Assembly (NCBI RefSeq): GCF_018977255.1
Contig: NW_024704742.1
Coordinates: 111,726,001 to 111,790,000, forward strand
Direction of reading: 5' to 3'
DNA length: 64,000 nt
Origin: Callorhinchus milii
Lineage: Eukaryota
The notes below the pieces were generated by a model. It did not search any database, had not been told where the DNA came from, and saw nothing but the letters and a program-made list of their open reading frames with translations. Positions 38,611 to 52,208 of the stretch are shown piece by piece. Within the stretch, counting starts at the first letter, position 1. Every line of letters begins with the position of its first letter. Made by a program: the position numbers and the translations under genes.

Positions 38611-40799
38611 TATTGTAAAACAATGCTATGCACAAATTGGCTGCTGCGTTCACTACAAATACAAATACAGTAAAATCCTGTGAAGTGATTGAGACATCCT
38701 TCTGGCTTGAAAGTTGTCGTATGAAATGCGAGAATTTTAAGGATTGTTTCCTTCTGCAATTTACAGGCTTTTAAAACCCCTTTAATGCTTGGCACTTAAC
38801 TCTTCTTGACTTATCTCATCTTCTCTCCTCTTTCAAACCTTGGTAGTGTCCTGTAGATTTGACATTCACTTGAATTTCATGATTTAAAAAAAATTGTGAC
38901 AAGAAAGCTATTGTAACATAAGGTCCTTGTTGTCCAATCCTGCAGTGATAACTTCAATGGTATAGTTAGATGGGCAACAGTTCATTTCAAAGCAATGCTT
39001 ACAACAGCTGTGAGACAGATAGACGTTATAGTGAAGGGGTATAACAGAGAATTGTATTTCAAGATGACGCCATCATTCAAAAAAGCTGTGAGGTTTGTGT
39101 ATCATCCTCAGCAGTCATGCAACGTGCAACATGCAAAGTGTAACACAAGTAATGGAGTGTCCAACAAGACAATAACACACTGAAGTGGGAGAATTGCGTT
39201 GAGATCTTGTGGTTTATCAAATCTCATTAAACTTCAGGATGAGCTAACTCCATGAAGCACACTTCAATCCATTATTCTTTATACTATATACAGAGGGAAG
39301 TTGTGCAGCGTTTTCTTGGAGAGAGAACAAGTTTCCTTAATTTTCTTCAGACTTTTGCTTTTGCTGGCAGTGACTGCCACACAGCAGATGGTAGGCTTCA
39401 GGACTGAATGCAATAGCTTGAACCAAAGTTCTGTTGCATCACATGCTCTGAACCACAATGACAGTGAGTTTTATTTCACTGATTGTCATAGAGGAATAGT
39501 GTGTCCTGCAAGCATCTTAGATAGCATTAAACAATGGCTTATACTTTTCGTACCACAGAGTTAGCTAAAAAAATTGAACATTATTGAGCAGATGTAAATT
39601 TAATTGAAGAGCTCCTGGGAAGGGCTAAGCTGTTTGCAGAGGCCAGGTTTACTTGACTTACCTGCACTGAAATACCACAAGTGCATCTGTTGACCTGATA
39701 TATTGCGGAAACCAGTGGTTCCTGTATCAGAGTGTTGCAAGCAAGCAGGGCTGAATTATACTGTTGGTTCCCCACTTTTCTGTGTTGGAATAAAGCAGAG
39801 AGCACTATTGGCGCACACTTAAAAACACACATTACCAGCACTAACTGTGAACCAAATGTCAAAAGTGTTTTGAGTCAGTGAAGAATACATAGAAATATTC
39901 AGCTTTTATAACAATACAGAAAAGTGAGGGCACCTAGAAACTTGTTCAACTTTGAAAAGAAAGTTTAAAGAGTAAACTTGGCATCAGTTGCAGTTATACC
40001 ACAGCCGGTGTGAAGCCAAAGTGGCACAAAACAGCCTCCTTGTGAAAACAACGTCAAATGAAACAGACATCATGATGCTGGAATAATTTACAAGCAGGAA
40101 ATGTTTTACTTCTAATACTGGCTTGAAGTTAAGCTGGTAGCTGGTGAAGCAGCGCTGAACTGAATGGCAGGAATGGCACCACTCCTCAATCAAAACCAAA
40201 AAAATGCAACAATTTGAATCTTCAGAGGCTTTGGGCAAAACCATTCTCCTGAAGTTCAGCATTGGGGGTTGGTAATAGTTGAGGTGGTGGTGGTGGTGGG
40301 ATGGTAGAAGGTTGCTGCCAAACCTATCATTAAAGATATGTTATTTAAGGACTGGTTTTAACTAAATTTTTAGCCCTTTGATAACTATCACATAACTAAT
40401 GATAGTTATCACATCATATTTACCTCATAAGAAAATGTGCTTCCCCAACAGGTAATCAGACCCATATAATATAATAATAATCCTTGAATTTGATATGCCA
40501 CCTTTTCACTTCACTGAGATGTCTCAACATGCTTCACGGGATTTTACTGTGAAGTGTAGTGACTGTGTATTTGTAGGTGAAAGCAGCAACCAATTTACAC
40601 AAAATAATGTCCCACAAACAGCCATGAAGTGACTGACCAATTTTTTCTGGGGGATTGTCAGCGAGGACACCAGGAAAAACTCCCTTCTCTTTTCGAGCAG
40701 ATATCTGAAGGAGTGCTATGCCCGCAGGAGAGTATATTGAATTCTAACAATTTTGTGGTTTCTCCATAGAGCAGAGCAAATTCTGTACAGTGTCTGTAC

Positions 40800-40988
40800 A
40801 GATGCTGGATCCATTCACACCTTCATGAGTGAGGTTGATAGATTTTTGGTAGGTCAGGGTATTAAGGGATATGGGGAAAAAGCGGGAAATTGGAATTAAA
40901 AGGATTAGTTGAGGTACAGATCAGCCATGATCTAATTAAATGACAGAACAGACTCGAAGGGCTGAATGGCCTACTCCTGTTCCTATGT
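40800..40988 (+). mobile_element. CR1 3' UTR fragment
   Basis: agatcagccatgatctaattaaatg...gctgaatggcctactcctgttcctat, homologous to the 3' UTR of the full-length CR1. Confidence 0.85.
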
Positions 40989-42864
40989 CTCGAAGCGGTG
41001 AGTATTTTACTGGATCATAAACCTTTTTTTCTGCCCACCCTCATTATAATACAGTCCTTTGGGAGCCAAGCACTTAGGGTGTTTTAATGAGTTATGCGGC
41101 ATAATGAATGTCCCATAACATAATATAAAAATTCCAGAACCAGTAGCCTTCTGATGGAAATGGGGCTGGAACAGAGAGTCTTCTAATGAGTGTAGGGCGG
41201 TTAGGTCATTGCGTGTGAAATATTACTTATTTTGAGCTGCTTTAGTTTTAAACACAATGTTCTACCTCATACAGCCAGAACTCTTTAAATTCTTTCTAGT
41301 CTAATGCAGTCTGAAAGCATCACATGTACTGGTACCATTACTATTTCTGCTTCCCATGGTGTCAGAGTGCTATTAAAGTTCTGTTCCCAAAAGCTAATAA
41401 TTATTGTGTCACATGATGCAGTTGAAATGGTAAGATTTCATACAAGCTGTTCCTGCAGCAGCCCACACTGACTGCTTTTACAGAGCGGCATCCAGTGAAG
41501 AATGTCTAAAATAAAGTCCGAGCCCTGCTTTTCTTTCTGTGTTTCAATTCTTATCTGGAAATGACACAACTACACAAGCACTTTCATTATTGGCTGTGTT
41601 ATGTTGCCCCTCAGCAGATAATGACCTAAATCAGTTCACGGTATCTTAATGCTGTGCCGTCCGGATTTCATTGACGTTCTGGACATCACCATTACTGGAA
41701 GTGTTCCTACAGGAGACTGATAGATGCTAAAAATCCTTATCAGTTTCAACGGCTGAAGGTTGTGCCTGGAAAATATCAAGAGATTGAAAAGCTGCAATGC
41801 TTAATTCACATGCATTTGAGTATAGCTTTACTGTTACATGAAAATGTTTAATTCGTGCTTTTTTTAAAAAAAGCTCAGTTTTCAGGTATAATGTTGAATG
41901 CCACCAGATGTAACTCAGTCTTGTGGGAGTTGCATAACAAAGCCCTGCACATGTACTAGTGAGTTCTGAGGCAGGATTTGCCTCACTGAACTGTCCAAGT
42001 GTGAAATGAATAATGATCCAACACCTCTGGAGTGTTAGTTAGCTAAGTTTTCCACTCGCAGAAGCAGAGCAGTGTCATTAGTCACAAGAAGAAAGCTTTA
42101 ACCTGTGCAATGCAAGTGAGATTGTGAGATTGTGTCAGGTTTATGAAGCCCTGCTGGTGATCTACTGTGGAACAAGGGCTTACAGTTTTAACGTGTTAGT
42201 GCTTGAAACATTTCAAACTGGCTTGGAAGATCCAAATATTTATTGTAATATTCCTAAATATCCTAATAGAAACATGAATATGTGTCAGAATTTTATATAT
42301 ATTTCCTATAGAAAATATGGTGTCTGATTTGTAGGATTTCTTGACCAGATTTGTTAATAAGGAAACCAGCTAGAATTCCCATTAATTTGCAGGAAATTTG
42401 TTCTGGAAGACAATCACACCAGTGATAATGTGAGTTGGCATGACCTAACTCCGTTTACTGCAAGGAATATCCACTGCAAAACTCAGATACCCTTATTAAG
42501 AAATCTCATGAAGAAATACTGCAAATGTATGGTATGAATAAACAATGTCACCAGTGTGTATCTACAAATATGAAAGGTTGTTACTCAAAACATCCTAAAG
42601 ATAGCTAGACTATAAAAACAAGTAGCCTTCTAGATCTCTCACAACCTTCTCAAAAACATACTATCACTAGTTCTTGAAACTACTATATTGTAATACTGAT
42701 AGTAATCTTTGGATTTGATTTAACACCTTTAATGGTGAAATGTCACATAGCATTTCACAGGTGATAACTGTCAAGCATATTCACTGCGATTTGTGGGCAC
42801 ATCAAATCACAGCAGTGTCAAACAGCAACCATAAAGGAAATTAACAATTTATCTGAAGCATTTT

Positions 42865-43116
42865 TCTTGCACCATTGAACACCTCTGATCTTATCCTACA
42901 CCTAATTTTTTCCTTTGTCTTTCGTTCCCCCCTACACCCCCACCTGTGCTTGTCCTTATAAACTACTCCCTTCCAAAATCCCCCAGTTCTGATGAAAGGT
43001 CATTGACGTTAACTCACTTTCTTCTCTCCATAGATGCTGCCTGACCTGCTGAGTGTTCCCAGTGATTTCTGTTTTTATTCAGATTTCCAGCATCTGCAGA
43101 ATTTTGCCTTTTTTTT
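42865..43116 (+). mobile_element. Penelope-like terminal repeat with a partial hammerhead motif
   Basis: ttctgatgaaaggtcattgac...ctctccatagatgctgcctgacctgctgagt...gatttccagcatctgcag, a pattern I recall from chondrichthyan Penelope-type repeats. Confidence 0.65.
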
Positions 43117-43340
43117 AAATCTTAAGTATTGTTGGCCAGTTGGCCTTTATATCTAAAAAGGAACAAGCCATGGGGCTATTTGGAATGGGCAGATAAATGG
43201 AACTGAAAGAATTGTTCTTCAAAAGAGCCAGCACATACACGATGGGCCTTCTTCTGTGCTGTAAATTCCTATGTTCTATGGTCCTAAATAGTGTCATGGG
43301 ATCTTTGACATGGTGGTTTAATGTCACTGATGGCTGAAAG

Positions 43341-43777
43341 GTGGCAATTTCTAATGGGATTCTGTAATAATGACTGTGGCAAATTGTGACTCCTTCTAGT
43401 AACTGTACGTACATCACACCACCCACGGGAAATCCACCCCAGCAACAGTTTATGTTAAAGCAAAGTTCCCGTGGGTTGGTGTAATGTACTTCCAGTTATC
43501 AGAAGTAGTAGTGAATTTGCAATTACTGCTCCGTCATAAAGAAAATCCTGTTGGAAATTGACACAATTTTGACTCCGTCGCAAATTGTCACTCCATCTGG
43601 TAACTGTACGTACATCACACCACCCACGGAGTAATCCACCCCAACAATAATTTATGTTAGAGCAAAGTTCCTATAGGTAGGTGTAACGTACTTCCAGATA
43701 TCAGAAATAGTTGTAAATTTGCAATTAATGCTCCGTCATAAAGAATCCTGTTGGAAATTGACACAATTTTGACTCCA
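43341..43777. repeat. Foldback element with a ~201-bp tandem duplication
   Basis: Units at 43379-43579 and 43580-43777; each is an imperfect palindrome. Confidence 0.85.
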
Positions 43778-44777
43778 TTCTTGAAACAATTCTAAATGTG
43801 CACCTCAGAGAATAAGCAGTATATTGAGGCACTGCACATGAAAATATGATGATTTTATGCCACTATCACAAGCCTCTCTGAAGTACTGAGTTTTTAAAGT
43901 GTTTTGATTTAAAATGTTGCTCAGATTAAAAAGCTCAACCAGAGGGAATAATTTTTGGCATTCTAAAGATTTGTAAAATTGTAAAATAATCACACAACAA
44001 ATGCTGCGAGTCTGATAAAATAAATCATGTCTGCTGCTTTGAGTGGCTGCTGGAACAAAGTGGAATAAATGGGACTCTTAATTTAAAAGGGAAATTTCGT
44101 GGACACAATTTTTTCATTTAAATGTTGCAATGATTTGTATCTGATTATCATAAAATTGTAAATCTGGCCAGTCTGTGCACTTTCTCACCACAAAAAAGAT
44201 AAAGGGATTGGGAGTAGAGTGCAAAAGTAATAGGTAGATTGCGAAATGAAACTGTTGTCTGGGAGATGAAAGGGAGTTTCATAATTAAGTGGGACGTCCT
44301 CCTGACGTGAAAGGCGCTATACAAATGTAATTTTGTTGTTGCAAGTGCCACAGCTTTGCACGAAATGAGCAGAGTTAGGGCACTGGAAAGGAATCAGCTG
44401 TAACCAAGCACTGTGTTAATAAACTTGAGGGGTTAAACAAAATGACTAATGTATTTTAACCCTGTTTGTTGCAGAAGATTAAACTCCTAATTGGATCATG
44501 ATTTTGATCCTAAAGAAACTAACAGCGTTTAACAGATGCTGTACTGACATGTCTGTTCACTTTCAGATCACAATGCATACGGACGTAAAAAATATGTGAT
44601 ATCTATCATATCGCTGAAAATCATCGTCCAATATTGTGGTCTTTAATTATCAGCCAGTTTGAAGTTTGACATAACTAAGGGAAGTCTCAGACCTGAATTG
44701 TTCTTTCAGCACCTTTAGCACATGGTTGAGTAAATCTTGATCAATCAACATGCGTTTAGCCACAAGAGCGGATATTG

Positions 44778-45085
44778 TGGAGTCCTGTACCTCAGTGGCT
44801 AGAGCACTCGCCTCGCAAGCGAAAGACCTGGGTTTGATTCCTGGCAGGGTGAAACCTTGGGCAAGTTTCCTTACTCTACACAACTAATAATAATGCTTCA
44901 AGAAAATAAATAAACAAAATAATAATTTGGTGACTCAATTCACGACTGTTTGTGGGACACTGCTGTGCACAATTGGCTGCCGTGTTTCATCCACAAATAT
45001 ACAGTCAATTCACTTTACAGTATATTCTGTGAAGAGCTTTGAGATGTCTGGAAGATGTGAAAAGCGTTATATCAAATGTAAGGTT
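44778..45085 (+). mobile_element. tRNA-Ala-derived SINE, short subfamily
   Basis: Same head, body and tail as the 10050 and 29635 copies. Confidence 0.9.
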
Positions 45086-45866
45086 TCTTTAATATTTTTT
45101 CTAGGAAGCAATCAAGAATTCTTAAATAGTGTACAGCAAAAAACAGGAACACGAGTGTTAGATTCCAAGAACAATTTAAAGATTCCTAACTGAAGACAGA
45201 AAGAAGAGAAGCAAAGTAGTCTTCAACGGGACTCAATGTTCCTGTGGACAGGAACAAAACCAAAGCCCACGCTCGGATAACAAGCATAAAAGTGGTTTCC
45301 ATTGAACTCGCAGCTTGATGCCGTGTTAAGCGGATGGTCGGGTGGCTATTCTGAAGGAATGAGATGGGCAAGGCTTTCTTCATCCAGAACAACCTTGTGA
45401 TCTTGTGAACTAATGTGCTGACGGCAACAGCACATTGTTAACTGAATTGGTGCCACTCCAGAAGTGAGATTCTGAGCAGTCTGCTGCTGATTCACACATG
45501 TACAGTTTTATGGGAGCCCTGGTGTTTCTTTTTAGTGTAAGTGGGAATCCTGGCTAATTATTCTCTCCATCAGTGTTTTTTATTGCTGTGCACAAATTGG
45601 CTGTCACATTTGCCTAAGAACACACAGTCACTGCATTTTACAGTTAACTCCTCTGAAGCGCTATGAGACATTTTGACAATGCGATAAGATGCTATATCAA
45701 ATGAGAGGATTATAATTATTATCCTGAGATGCTCAGATCAATTGTAGCTCTTCCACTGCTGAGCTCAGTTAATACTGACCAGGGATGAAACTTACAAACT
45801 CTGGTTTATATAGATCAGTGCTGCACCAAGTCCTGGCATTCAACCAACACTCAAAGGATATTGTAT

Positions 45867-46174
45867 ATAATAATCCTTGCATTTGATATATCACTTTTCA
45901 CATCTTCTAGGCGTCTCAAGCACTTCACAGAATAGACTGTAAAGTGAATTGACTGTGTATTTGTGGACGAAACTCGGCAGCCAATTGCGCACAGCAGTAT
46001 CCCACAAACAGTCGTGCATTGAAAATGACCAATTTATTATTGTTTTGTTTTGGAGGGATTATTATCAGACGTGTGGAGTAAGGAAACTTGCCCAAGGTCT
46101 CGCCCTGCCGGGATTCGAACACTGGTCTCTCGCTTGCGAGGCGAGCGCTCTAACCACTGAGCTCCAGGACTCCA
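45867..46174 (-). mobile_element. tRNA-Ala-derived SINE, short subfamily
   Basis: Reverse-complement match to the family; B box GTTCGAATCCC. Confidence 0.9.
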
Positions 46175-47694
46175 TACCTATTAGCTTTTGAGAGCAGTCT
46201 GGAAAAGTTCACATCAATTGCAGAACCCATTATAGATTGTCAACAAAGTTCTGTTGATTTTAGTTTTTTAAAAAGGTGGTTTACTGCACTCCAACTGCCA
46301 GATTCTAATGTGATAAAGTTGAGAAAATGGTGCAATGTCTATAAATTCTGAGTTATTTTCATTGTGGTGTGAAAAAGATGCAAAATGCACTAATGTATCA
46401 AATGCATCAAAATGTGTTTTAAAAATTAATGTTCTCGTAACAGAGCCAGGAATGTTGCTGTGTCGAGGCGGAGTGCAGAGAGTACAATATACAATACAAT
46501 TTATACAATAAAGTAATCGGGTTTTGCAGCCAGGGATGTGCCAACAAAATTACACCTGATCCAACTTCTAAAGGACATGAACAGGCTTATTAATGATTTA
46601 ATTCTGTCCTAAGGCTGATAACCTGGCTGTGGAGTGCAACATTTCCAATGGGTTATTGAGGCATGGCAATGCCAGAAAGCTCAGGTTACAACACTGGCAC
46701 CACAGTCATGGTCGAGACTGCAGTAGAGTAGTAAGCTATTACAGTACATAACAATATGACCTGTGTTTGATATAGAATATGGATTAAAATAAATTCTAAG
46801 AAGGCAGAGTTAATATCAATCACAAAGAAAGAAAAAAATTGGGGTCAAAAATGTGTTTCACAACAGATGATGCCACATCAAATTTGTTATGAAACATTGG
46901 ATTTCTAACCTCATTATGAGTACGCAGGCAGTTGAGAAATTGTTTACTTGGATTGTCAAGTAAAATCAGATGACCGAAGCAAAGAACAAATTAAACAGAG
47001 GTCAGTATTTACAAGAGAGCCCCTGAGCAACATTAAAGGAGTTTCATGGTGACCGTGATATCAAATTGGTTACAAGAGAACTCTGTGTGCTTTGTGTGGT
47101 CAACGGCATTGCACAGGTGTGAAAATTGGGCCTTGAACTCTGAAGTAATGAGATTGGAGGCATTTGAGCTACAGTGCTACAGATGCATGTTTAATATTTT
47201 AGTTGGGCAAAAAGAATGACTAATGAAAGGGTCTGCAAATGTTTTCTGGTCAGCTGGGTGTCTGACTCATGTGGAAAATCACCACCATGCTTAAGAGTAT
47301 CCAAACCAGGCATAGTCCCACATATGTAAACCACCTTCATATGGAAATTTCTGCTGTGTCTGGAATGGAATGTGCACTCAACCCCTAGATGGTTACACTC
47401 TGCTTACCTAATTCCAGAGAGTACTAAGCACAGGTTGTCGAAAGCCAAGGCTTAGGGCCCCAGAGTTTGCGTTGGAGAGTGTATTAGCAAAAATAAATGA
47501 ATTAAATGATAAGAGCAATATAATGTTACATACTATGACCTCACTAGTCAGAACTTGTTGCTGTCTAGAAAGGTTGCTGAAGGTAAGTGAAGAGATAGGC
47601 AAAAGGGGAATGTGGCGAGATGATATGATCGGGTGGGCAGACCATTTGATTTTAAATATACTATAGTAGCTGTTCTAGCACTTAATAATCATCA

Positions 47695-47910
47695 TAATAA
47701 TAACAATAATAATAATCCTTGCATTAGTATAGCACCTTATCACGTTGGAAGGAAATCTCAAAGTGCTTCACAGGAATTATTGTGAAATGGAGTGACTATA
47801 ATAATAATAATCCTTGCATTTGATATAGCGCTTTTCACGTCTTCCAGACGTCTCAAAGCGCTTCACAGAATATGCTGTTAAGTGAATTAAGTGTATATTT
47901 GTAGGCAAAC
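47695..47910 (-). mobile_element. Two tandem SINE 3' tails
   Basis: aataataatccttgcatt occurs at ~47710 and again at ~47803, each followed by the stem-loop region. Confidence 0.75.
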
Positions 47911-50668
47911 TTGTGCTTCACCAAGGTTGTGTCACCTAAAATTGCATCTAGATTCTATTGCAATGCCTGTAGCATTGCACTAATGCTACCTATGCCCCTT
48001 CCTGCCTGGGCTTGGTATGTCACGACAAATTGGGTAAGGGGGAATGCAAATAAGAGCACATGTGCGAGAGTTTCAAGAAGCAATTGCACCACAAAATTCA
48101 GGGCAAGATACAATTACCATAGCATCATAGTGGAATCACTGACAAGAGACTTCTGCCTCTTGTCACAAACATCCACAGACAGTCGGTCTGAAACAAAACA
48201 GAAACAGACAGTTTTATTGAAGAAGGAAACAACAAACAGCAGCCTTTAGACTGACAAGAAACCACACCCCATTGACCACACACAGCGAGATTTTAGAAAA
48301 ACAGCTTTCTGCATTTCGCCTTTTATCCAGTCATGTTGACTGAAGCAGCTCACCTGCCCTACAATACCCTCAGTTCAAATACATTTAGATTAAAATGTTT
48401 ACTCTTCTTATGTCTTCCATGTGGAATGAACTATGCAAAAATGATTTTTGAAAAAAATCTTTAGAAAAAGAAAGCTACCTTCACCAATGTAAACTATTGT
48501 TTCGCCCACAAAATATAGTCAATTCACTTTACAATAAAATACACTGTGAAGCGCTTTGAAATATCTTGAACGCGTGATAAGGCGCTACATCAAATGCAAA
48601 GAGTATTATTATTATGTTAAAGTACACTAAACTACACTAAAATTGGATAAACCTCTCCTAAAATTAAACTTGGTAGCAGCAATTCAAATCTGCTGTGATT
48701 TTTACAAGAATTCTGACTGTCTTTTGAAACAACACTTTACAAGGTGAAAATGTATATAAGCACAGTTCGTGTACCTACGTCTTCGTGTCTGTGAATACCT
48801 TGTGACCGAATTGGGAGCACTGCCTTGTTGGTACACTTACAGTCCTGCACATATAAAATGATTTACCAACAAGTGTTGTGTAACCATTGCGCTGTTTTCT
48901 AACTCATTATGAACTGCAAAAATAGCTGATAATTATCACAGAAAACACCTTATGAAATGTCACAGATTACGTATGTAACTTAGTTATTCCAAGTATGTTA
49001 CTCAAGGCAATAAGAGCTCAACATTTTGCAATCTATCTTGAGTCATTAAAAGCTAGAATACACAAACATTTTCAGTTCTTTGATATGCTGAAACAACTAG
49101 TGTTTGCAAACAGGAATTTCAGGTTTTGCAAGTCAGAAATTCCACAAAAAGAAACAAAAAGTTTTCAATATTTCAATTTCAAATCATTGTTTAATGTTAA
49201 AAAAAAGTCTTAAGTGTGTTAAGCTATGAATCTATATGAACTGGTTTATTTGTATAGCTTTTTTAGTTCATGGGGGTAGAGAGGAAGAATACCTCTTGTG
49301 ATGTACTGTGCACCCTGTACTCTCTCCCGCACAGGACACTGCAAGCCTATCACCCCCATCCTTGCTATGCTGCACTGGGTCCCTATGCCCCAGTAAATTG
49401 TCTTCAAATACCTCCATGAACTTGCCTCACCTAAAATTTGACATTTCAAATTTCCCTTTCCAAATCCTGTCAATGAGTCAGCCCGGTTGTGCTGTCATCA
49501 GCATTGCCCTGGAATACTGCAAACCCGCCTATCTCAGGAACTGGACTACTAAGACTCCCACAGTGGGCTGGCTTGATGCCTACATTCCATTACCAAACAT
49601 GTCACCTTTGAATCAGTTCAGCTCCACAGAAACCCGGCTTACCTCTCTCCCCTCAGGAGGACAGTCACTAGTTGATCATTTGACAACTAACAAATGCAGG
49701 TTTGAGCCCTCACTAAGTGGATGGTAGGTAGCAGGAACTCTTTGCGAAATTCCCGGCAGGCAACATAGCTCAGCGTGAAATGTATGAGAGCATTGCCACC
49801 ACCTTCCTGTCCATAGCTCAGATACACATCCCTCCCTATTAAGAGATGGTTCACCAGTTGGAGGTGCAGAGTTTAAACAGCAGCTGCTTACCTCTCTGCA
49901 GGACAATCAAGGTGGATTCCAGGTCTGATGGGCACATCAAGAATTGTGTATGAGAGGACACAAGATGCAGATTTCTGGTTGGTCGACAGCTTGTGCAGGG
50001 TGGAGATGGGGAGCTTGGCGAGCAAGGCATTTGAATAATTGACATTCAACAACTGTGTGAATGCCATTAGGATTAAGATCATTTTGATCATTTTTATTCC
50101 TGTGAAGATGTATGTATTAAATATATTAATACATTAAATGTATTAAATCTCTTTCCACTGCACATTTCTCATGGCAGATTCTGTTGCAGTCGGCACTGCT
50201 TGTCTTCTCAGTACAAGCCACAGTATAACTGGCCACATGGTAACAATTACAGACCACAACACACACTCTGCCTGTCGCCGCACACCAGACGGTCCCATCA
50301 TCAAATAATTCAACAAACTTACCACCACCTATTAAGGTTTTTATTCGAAACATCCCTCCAACCCCACTGGTTCAGCTTCCACTCCTGACCACTTTGACAT
50401 CTGTTGCTTACTAAAATGTTCTATGTAGCTTAGTCTGTTGAGCAGTAGAACTGGGACAAATTGTTCTGGGCTCAAAATTGGATCCTTCACCATTTCTAGG
50501 CCAATACAATCCCTGAAAGTTTCCTCCTTGATAATTTGATCTTTACCATCAAGCCAAAGGCCAAACAGGTGGGAGTGGTGCTCATGGACATATATCAATG
50601 CTGCAGTTGTCCTTTGCCATTCATTCTTGCTTTTTAAACTGCCCCCCCAACCCGCCCTCCATCTTAAT

Positions 50669-52208
50669 ATCAAGCTACCGGCCCATCTCCAACCTCCCCT
50701 TTCTCTCCAAAGTCTTGGAAAGAGTTGTCGCCTCCCAACTGCGCTCTTTCCTCTCCACCCATTCTCTTTTTGAACCCCTTCAGTCAGGTTTCCGTGCTGC
50801 TCATAGCACAGAAACTGCCCTGGTCAAGGTCACCAATGACATCCTGACCATCTGTGACCAGGGCTCCCTCTGTCTCCTCGTCCTCCTCGACCTATCGGCA
50901 GCATTCGATACGGTCGACCACACTATCCTACTCCACCGCTTGTCCTCCCACCTCAACCTTCAAGGCACTGTCCTTGAATGGTTTAGGTCGTACCTTTCTC
51001 ACCGTCTTCACTTCGTCTCAACGAATGGCTTCTCCTCCACCCCCCGTACTGTCTCATGTGGTGTCCCTCAGGGCTCTGTCCTCGGTCCCCTCCTCTTCAC
51101 CCTCTATATGCTCCCCCTTGGTGACATCATCCGCAAACATGGGGTTAACTTCCACATGTATGCGGATGACACCCAACTCTACCTTTCCTCCTCTACTCTC
51201 AACTCCACGACCACCGATGTCCTGACAGCCTGCCTGTCCGACATCGAGTCCTGGACGAGAGACAACTTTCTTCAGCTCAACGTGCAAAAAACCGAGGCCC
51301 TCCTGATTGGCTCACGTCAGCGCCTCCGCACCTCAGGCGCTGACACCATCAGCATCCAAGGCTGCACTCTCCACCTCTCAAAGCCAGTCAGGAACCTCGG
51401 CGTTTTGTTCGACCCTGAGCTGTCCTTTCTCCCTCACATCCGCACCACAACTGGCACCGCCTTCCATCACCTCCGGAATATCGCCAGATTACGGCACTAC
51501 CTCACCCCTCACGCTGCTGAAACCCTGGTTCACGCCTTTGTCACCTCAAGGCTGGACTATGGGAACTCTCTCCTCGCCGGCCTTCCCGCCACCTCCCTCC
51601 ACAAGCTGCAGGTCATTCAGAACTCTGCAGCTCGTGTACTGTCCCGCACCAGGCTTCGGGACCACATCACTCCCACCCTCGCTCGCCTCCACTGGCTCCC
51701 CATCCCCCAGAGGATTGATTTCAAGATCCTCATCCTCACCTACAAGGCCATTCACGGCCTTGCTCCCTCCTACCTCTCCAACCTACTATCCCCCTACCTA
51801 CCTGCCCGTACCCTCCGTTCCTCTGGCTCCGGTCTGCTCCACGTCCCCCGCCCCAACCGCCCTACTATCGGTGGTCGGGCCTTCAGCCTCTCAGCCCCGA
51901 GGCTCTGGAACTCCATCCCCCAGTGCCTTCGCCTTGCTTCCTCCCTTTCCTCCTTCAAGGCCGGTCTCAAAACCTTTCTCTTTGACCGTGCCTTCAGCTC
52001 CCCTCTCGACTCTCTTCCTCCTCCTCGCTCCCTCCCTTCCCTCCCCTCACCCTGACCATTTCCCCCTCCTCTCTCCCTCCCTTCCCTCCCCTCACCCTGA
52101 CCATTTCCCCCCTGCTCGGGTCATGACCCAACTGTGCAGCGCCTTGGGACGTCCTCCTGACGTGAAAGGCGCTCTATAAATGGAATCTTGTTGTTGTTGT
52201 TGTTGTTG
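50669..52208 (+). mobile_element. Young 5'-truncated L2-clade LINE with an uninterrupted RT and C-terminal frame (ORF 50598-52055)
   Basis: [64 protein letters not shown]; (TTG)n tail. Possible TSD TTAAT at 50664-50668 and 52209-52213. No endonuclease domain. Confidence 0.95.

Noticed and set aside
50598..52055. 485-aa ATG-initiated RT ORF as a domesticated gene
   Set aside because: The ATG and first ~24 codons come from flanking DNA. The copy closely resembles other L2s and keeps its tail, so youth explains the open frame.
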